Below, in pieces: positions 59,127-64,000 of a DNA stretch of 64,000 nucleotides. The stretch covers positions 688 to 64,687 of the forward strand of contig MFLU01000016.1 of assembly GCA_001783335.1 (NCBI GenBank), in the 5' to 3' direction. Under the pieces are notes generated by a model. It searched no databases. It was not told the DNA's origin and worked only from the letters and a program-made list of their open reading frames with translations. A program made the position numbers and the translations under genes. Origin of the DNA: Candidatus Kaiserbacteria bacterium RIFCSPLOWO2_01_FULL_50_24 (GTDB lineage Bacteria; Patescibacteriota; Minisyncoccia; Phycocordibacterales; UBA2100). The stretch's first letter is position 1; every line of letters begins with the position of its first letter.

Positions 59127-59316
59127 GCTCTGTGGATACCTCCGTTTCCAACCGTCTCTCGCGTTTTGAAACGCGTCGCCTGACCGCAATGCCAAGTGCG
59201 ATTATAAAAATCCCCGCGACGAGAAAAAGCGCGGCATCCCACGTATTCGGAAATCCAAGAAACGGCAGTGCGGCCACAAACGCGCCGGATAGCATGATGA
59301 GAGTGTCAATAGTCAT
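59107..59316 (-). CDS. Small two-TM membrane protein
   Basis: 69 aa, two hydrophobic stretches around LPFLGFP; TATACT 8 nt upstream. Confidence 0.6.
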   Translation of the reverse strand: MTIDTLIMLSGAFVAALPFLGFPNTWDAALFLVAGIFIIALGIAVRRRVSKRERRLETEVSTEHDAPRN

Positions 59317-59343
59317 ATGAAAGTAGTATACAGCTTTTAGCTT

Positions 59344-60042
59344 TTAGCTTCTAGTGGTCGGTTCAACTATGACAACAAATTCCCCTCGAGCCGCCTTCCG
59401 CTTTTCGAGGTCTAGAGCGAGCTCTGCTGGTGATCCTGTGAGCACTTCTTCGTGGATTTTGGTGAGCTCGCGGGCTATCGTCACGTAGCACTTAGGAGCC
59501 GAGCTATTGAGCTCTTTTAGTAATTTCAATATGCGGTGAGGTGATTCATAGAGAACAACTGGTACCGTGCTTTTTGCTATGTCCCGTACGAATGTTTGCC
59601 TTCCCTTTTTGTGAGGTGGAAATCCCAAAAATACGAACGAGCTCATGTTTGCGCCGGCAACGGAGAGCGCGGCCGTAAGTGCGCTTGGCCCCGGTATTGC
59701 ATCTATTATTGCGCCTGGCAGATTCTCGCGCACATGCGCGACTAGACGCGCGCCTGGATCAGAAATTCCCGGCGTACCGGCATCCGATACATAGGCAACA
59801 TGCTCGCCTGCCAGCAAACGCTCGGAAACTTCTTTTGCTTTTCCTGCTTCTGTCGCCGCATCCAGTCGAAATACAGATTTACGAAGTCCATAATGATTGA
59901 GGAGTTTCAGGGTAACACGCGTGTCTTCGGCGTAAATCACATCACACTCCTTCAAATTCCAAAGGGCTCGAAACGTAATATCGCCGAGATTCCCTATCGG
60001 CGTCGCGACAATTGAAAGCTTGCCTGCTGTATTTTCACTCAT
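59344..60042 (-). CDS. rsmI: 16S rRNA (cytidine1402-2'-O)-methyltransferase
   Basis: VATPIGNLGDIT, AEDTR, SDAGTPGISDPG, YESPHRI, RELTKIHEE. Confidence 0.95.
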   Translation of the reverse strand: MSENTAGKLSIVATPIGNLGDITFRALWNLKECDVIYAEDTRVTLKLLNHYGLRKSVFRLDAATEAGKAKEVSERLLAGEHVAYVSDAGTPGISDPGARLVAHVRENLPGAIIDAIPGPSALTAALSVAGANMSSFVFLGFPPHKKGRQTFVRDIAKSTVPVVLYESPHRILKLLKELNSSAPKCYVTIARELTKIHEEVLTGSPAELALDLEKRKAARGEFVVIVEPTTRS

Positions 60043-60045
60043 ACG

Positions 60046-60312
60046 TTATGCTAATATACTCAAGAATTTAAGCACTCGATGGGCACGCGACGTAAGCTTG
60101 TGCCTAACAGCGGTTCCTTCATTGCGTTTCAGAACGAGACCGGCAATCGCAAGACGGCGAATATGTTCGGCCACAGTCTTATGATTCGTTTTTGTAGATG
60201 ACGCTATCTCTTCTACAGAGAGCTCCGGTTCACGCCTCAATAGTTCCAAGATCTGTATCCTGCGATGGTTCGAAAATCCTCTCACCAATCGTTCGAGCCT
60301 GCGATATTCCAT
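60046..60312 (-). CDS. ArsR/SmtB-like winged-HTH protein, paralog 4
   Basis: LERLVRGFSNHRRIQILELL...TVAEHIRRLAIAGLV. Confidence 0.8.
   Translation of the reverse strand: MEYRRLERLVRGFSNHRRIQILELLRREPELSVEEIASSTKTNHKTVAEHIRRLAIAGLVLKRNEGTAVRHKLTSRAHRVLKFLSILA
60049..60074. repeat. Palindrome D, copy inside the last codons of paralog 4
   Basis: TGCTAATAT-ACTCAAGA-ATTTAAGCA. Confidence 0.7.
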
Positions 60313-60317
60313 ATCCT

Positions 60318-60347
60318 TATACTTAAATTCTTAAGTATTTGAGTATA
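60318..60347. promoter_or_regulatory. Palindrome D, upstream copy (putative operator)
   Basis: TATACTTAAAT-TCTTAAGT-ATTTGAGTATA, 5 nt before the ATG. Confidence 0.75.
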
Positions 60348-60358
60348 TCATATTCGCG

Positions 60359-61591
60359 TCAGTCGGCTATCTGCTCGGCCACTTTGTAGATATCGCCGGC
60401 GCCCATGGTAATAAGTAAGCTTGTAGCTTGAAGCTTATAGCTTATAGCCAGAAGAGCATCACGGACTTCGTCGAGAGAAGAGAAGGCGCGGGCGGGAGTG
60501 CCGAGAGCGGATATTTTCTCGGCAAGCGCTTCGCTCGTTACCCCTAGAATCGGCTCTTCACGAGCTGGGTAGATTGGCGCAAGAATTACTTCGTCAGCCA
60601 GGGCGAGTGACTTTGCAAAATCATTCATGAGATCGCGCGTGCGGGAATAGAGGTGTGGATGGAATGCGACAGTAATTTTCTTACTTGGAAACTTCGTGCG
60701 CGTCGCCTCCAATGTTTTTCGTATTGCCGTCGGATGATGTGCGTAATCGTCATACACCAAGGCGCCCTCTTTTGTTTTTCCTTTATATTCAAAACGCCGC
60801 CACACACCCTTAAAATTTTTGAGTGCTTCGTCAATCACTACGTTTTCCAATTCCGGAAACAGCGCGCGCGCCGTGGCCTTCGCGGCGCGCGCATTTTCTT
60901 TATTAAACTCACCGATCAACAAAAGATCAGGAACCAACTCTTTTACGTATTCGTCCTTTTCAATAACTTTTTTTGCCTGCCTACGCACCTCAGCAAACGC
61001 AGCTTTAAATTCCTTGGGAGTTTTGTAGTAATCGGTATGATCCCACTCAATATTGGTAATCACTAACACTTCCGTGTGCAGCTCCAAAAAATGTTTTTTG
61101 TACTCACACGCTTCCACAACTAAAATATCGCTTGTGCCCGCCAGGTAGTTAGAACCCCACTCATTCACTAAAGAGCCGACTATCGCGGTCGGCTCTTTTC
61201 CCGCCGCTTTCAAAATTGACGCAAGCATCGCGGCCGTTGTTGTTTTTCCGTGTGTTCCCGCGACCGCTATAGTGCGATATTTTTTTGACACCTCACCGAG
61301 CGCTTGGAAATAAGAGAGCTCCGGTATGCCTTTTTCCCGCGCTGCCGCACGCTCCGGATTATCTTCCGGCACTGCATCGCTGTAAATCAAGAGCCCCGTA
61401 TCATTCGGAACATTCTCTGCGTCATGTTCAAAATATAGCTTGAAACCTTGCTTTTTGAGCATATCCGTTACCGGCGACTCTTCCCTATCCGAGCCACTTA
61501 CACGCTTCCCTTCATGCTTAAAAAGCTGTGCCAGCGCCGACATCCCAATACCACCGATTCCGACCATATAGATATTTTGTGGAATCTTCAT
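60359..61591 (-). CDS. murC: UDP-N-acetylmuramate--L-alanine ligase
   Basis: GIGGIGMSALA, AGTHGKTTT, VEACEY, DDYAHHPT, HLYSRT, ITMGAGDI. Confidence 0.93.
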   Translation of the reverse strand: MKIPQNIYMVGIGGIGMSALAQLFKHEGKRVSGSDREESPVTDMLKKQGFKLYFEHDAENVPNDTGLLIYSDAVPEDNPERAAAREKGIPELSYFQALGEVSKKYRTIAVAGTHGKTTTAAMLASILKAAGKEPTAIVGSLVNEWGSNYLAGTSDILVVEACEYKKHFLELHTEVLVITNIEWDHTDYYKTPKEFKAAFAEVRRQAKKVIEKDEYVKELVPDLLLIGEFNKENARAAKATARALFPELENVVIDEALKNFKGVWRRFEYKGKTKEGALVYDDYAHHPTAIRKTLEATRTKFPSKKITVAFHPHLYSRTRDLMNDFAKSLALADEVILAPIYPAREEPILGVTSEALAEKISALGTPARAFSSLDEVRDALLAISYKLQATSLLITMGAGDIYKVAEQIAD

Positions 61592-62973
61592 AATGCTTTG
61601 ACGAGCGCGAGAAATTGGTCGTTGCGATCGAATTCATTCTTAAAGTATTTGCCGAACGACGAGAACGCAGGACTATAGAGTATTATCTCGCCCGATTCGG
61701 CGATGGCAACGGATTTGTCAACGCACGCCCGCAACCCTTCCTCTTCATAGACCAGAACATTCAGTTCAAGCGCTAAGACGTCATCGCGAATACGTTCCGT
61801 TCCACGTTCTTTGAACAATACGACCTTCGAGCACCATTTCGGTATTTCCTTCACAAGCTCTGACATGTCGAGGTTCTTATCGTCGCCGCCAACAATGAGC
61901 ACGACATTCCTTTGCCTTGCGTCGCCGACGGCACGAAGTGCTGCGATCGTTGCTTCCGGCGTTGTTGCGTTGTTGTCGTTGTAAATTTTTACGCCTTTCA
62001 CTTTGCGCACGAATTGTAAGCGGCCTTCCACGCCTGCGAATGATTCAAGACCTGCGCGTATTTCTTCTTCAGTCAAAGCCGAGCCCTGCCTGCCCCTGCC
62101 CGTCCGACAGGCGGGGGCAGGCAGGGCGCGAAGTGCTGCCGCCGCGAGCGACGCATTCTCGCGGTTGTGCTCGCCGAGGATTTTTAATTTCCAGTCGGCG
62201 GGAATTGGTGGCGGCACAAACGGCTCACACGGCGTATGAGCCGTTTGCACACGCTCAAACGCTTGTGCGCCGACTATAAGAGCATCGTCGGGTCTTTGAA
62301 ATTTAAAAATATTCGCTTTGTCGGCAAAGTATACGTCAGTCGTCGGATAGTAATTTACGTGGTCCTGCAAAAAATTCGTGAACACAGAAATGTGCGGACT
62401 TATTTTCAAATCACCGAATCCCTGCAGCTGCCATGAATCCAACTCAAGAACCGCAATGTCTCCCTTTCGTACTTCCGAAAGCAACGCGAGTGTTGATTTC
62501 CCTCTCACATTTCCACCGAGCGTTGTTCTCTTATTCGCGCGAATAAGAGAATGATGGATAAGGTGTGCAATTGTTGACTTGCCGCGCGTACCGGTAACAC
62601 CGACAATCGTCACACCCTCTTCCGTCGCGGACTTCGCAAAAAGTGCCGTGGACATGTAGACCGGCACGCCAGATGTGCGCGCGGCGGCAACTTCGAGCGA
62701 GTCAAGCGGCACACCAGCCGCTTTTACGACAAAATCACACCCCGTAAAATCCTCAGCGCGATGTTCACCGAGATGAAACGAGATGTTTTTGTATTTTTTT
62801 AATTTTTCCACCGACTCCGCTAGTTCCGCGTCGTTTTTCTTATCGGTCACAAGCACCTCTGCGCCGCATATACCTAGAAACTCGGCGTCCCCAACGGCCC
62901 GCCCCAAAAGCCCCAAACCGAGCAGGGTTATTTTCTTGTTGCGAAACATTTCGCAGGCCTTGTCTATATCCAT
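61588..62973 (-). CDS. murD: UDP-N-acetylmuramoyl-L-alanine--D-glutamate ligase
   Basis: LLGLGLLG, GVTGTRGKST, LELDSWQL, SPAFSSFG, FKNEFDR. Confidence 0.9.
   Translation of the reverse strand: MDIDKACEMFRNKKITLLGLGLLGRAVGDAEFLGICGAEVLVTDKKNDAELAESVEKLKKYKNISFHLGEHRAEDFTGCDFVVKAAGVPLDSLEVAAARTSGVPVYMSTALFAKSATEEGVTIVGVTGTRGKSTIAHLIHHSLIRANKRTTLGGNVRGKSTLALLSEVRKGDIAVLELDSWQLQGFGDLKISPHISVFTNFLQDHVNYYPTTDVYFADKANIFKFQRPDDALIVGAQAFERVQTAHTPCEPFVPPPIPADWKLKILGEHNRENASLAAAALRALPAPACRTGRGRQGSALTEEEIRAGLESFAGVEGRLQFVRKVKGVKIYNDNNATTPEATIAALRAVGDARQRNVVLIVGGDDKNLDMSELVKEIPKWCSKVVLFKERGTERIRDDVLALELNVLVYEEEGLRACVDKSVAIAESGEIILYSPAFSSFGKYFKNEFDRNDQFLALVKAL
62083..62127. repeat. In-frame nested GC palindrome in murD
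   Basis: GCCCTGCCTGCCCC-TGCCCGTCCGACAGGCG-GGGGCAGGCAGGGC encoding LPAPACRTGRGRQG. Confidence 0.85.
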
Positions 62974-63004
62974 GAGCAAAGTTTACTCCATTGAAAGCAC
63001 CCTG

Positions 63005-63064
63005 CCCAGCACCACTTTTGCTATACAGCAAAAGTGGTGCTGGGTTATCCACAGAAATTCCACA
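63005..63064. promoter_or_regulatory. 18-bp perfect hairpin followed by a DnaA box in the murD-nrdA divergent region
   Basis: CCCAGCACCACTTTTGCT-ATAC-AGCAAAAGTGGTGCTGGG; TTATCCACA at 63045-63053; weak AATTCCACA at 63056-63064. Confidence 0.55.
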
Positions 63065-63346
63065 GAATGTGCGGCTCGCGCGGCAGTATCATAAAAAAGT
63101 ACATTGAGAATTGGTCGATGCGGCTTCGCGAGCTCTAACACACAGCGCTGCCCGCCACCCTCTGTAGCGCATGCAGAGCACGGCGGCCTCCCGCACATTG
63201 CCTTGCAAAATCATCCGTATCGGCGTCGTATTGGATGATGTTGCCGTACACCCCAACTTTATAGACGCACCATGCGCTTGGTGTTTTTATTGTTGTATGC
63301 ACCGCATTTACTACTCACTACTAACTACTTTCTATTTACTACCCCA

Positions 63347-64000
63347 ATGACCACATTCATAACCAAGCGAGACGGCAAAATAGAGCCGTTTAATGCAGAC
63401 AAGATAAACCGTTCCATAGAGCGCGCGTGCGTTGGCCTTTTGGACCCGGTTGGCATGGTGACGCAAATCGCCACCGAAACACAGCTCACCATATACGACG
63501 GCATTTCTACTGAAGAAATGGACGAAGCGACCATCAACGCCGCAGTGCAAAACATAAAGGAGGATACCGAGTACGACATAATCGCGGTACGTCTTTTCTT
63601 AAAAACGATTTATCGGCGTGTCGTCGGAGAGTACGACCACGACCCGCAAATACTCCGACAGAAACATCGAAGCGGATTTTCGTCATATATACAAAACGGC
63701 ATCGGTAGTGGGCTTCTGGACCCGCGCATGGGAGAGCTTTTTGACTTGGAGGTTCTCGCCGGAGTGCTATCGCTCATGCGCGACGAACTCTTTACCTACG
63801 CGGGACTCTCAACGCTCATGAACAGATACGCCTTGAAAGGCGGCGATCGCAAACCGATTGAGACACCACAGTATTTCTTCATGCGCGTTGCGATGGGCCT
63901 TGCCTACAATGAAAAAGAGCCGACCTTGTGGGCGAAAAAGTTTTACAATCACATGTCACGACACCTCTACATCGCCGGCGGTTCCACCAACCTCGGCGCC
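63347..64000 (+). CDS. nrdA: Ribonucleotide reductase large subunit with ATP cone, partial
   Basis: Manual translation MTTFITKRDGKIEPFNADKINRSIERAC...ETPQYFFMRVAMGLA; runs off the window. Confidence 0.85.
   Translation, partial: MTTFITKRDGKIEPFNADKINRSIERACVGLLDPVGMVTQIATETQLTIYDGISTEEMDEATINAAVQNIKEDTEYDIIAVRLFLKTIYRRVVGEYDHDPQILRQKHRSGFSSYIQNGIGSGLLDPRMGELFDLEVLAGVLSLMRDELFTYAGLSTLMNRYALKGGDRKPIETPQYFFMRVAMGLAYNEKEPTLWAKKFYNHMSRHLYIAGGSTNLGA

Noticed and set aside
63245-63290. NrdR boxes upstream of nrdA
   Set aside because: Match to the ACACWATATATWGTG consensus is too weak to call

Overview
Bacterial chromosome segment whose gene content resembles Patescibacteria/CPR (Parcubacteria-like; inferred from the gene set and the scarcity of Shine-Dalgarno motifs). 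About 1-53.5 kb is a very large surface-glycan locus: an O-antigen-ligase-like protein, a Wzx flippase, about 12 glycosyltransferases, four nucleotide-sugar dehydrogenases (one frameshifted at a G7 tract), gmd/fcl-like genes, a ColD-like 3-dehydratase next to a GT11, the GDP-heptose genes gmhA/gmhB/hddA/hddC, methyltransferases and two asnB-like amidotransferases. It is followed by a comEA-like gene, a VirB4/TraG-like ATPase, rsmI, murC, murD and the start of nrdA. Two RelBE-type toxin-antitoxin pairs are present. Four layers are not explained by these genes. (1) Four paralogous ~90-100 aa ArsR-like HTH genes are each bracketed at both ends by their own variant of a 26-34 bp palindrome, with extra distal copies. 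(2) Large branched, self-complementary elements with GAGCG/CGCTC junction motifs sit at gene boundaries; one separates an ATG-TTC-TGA start from a matching TTC that begins the comEA signal peptide. (3) Short palindromic and 7-mer-periodic micro-repeats lie in frame within proteins. (4) A TATACT-like -10 hexamer lies 6-8 nt before many start codons, suggesting leaderless mRNAs.
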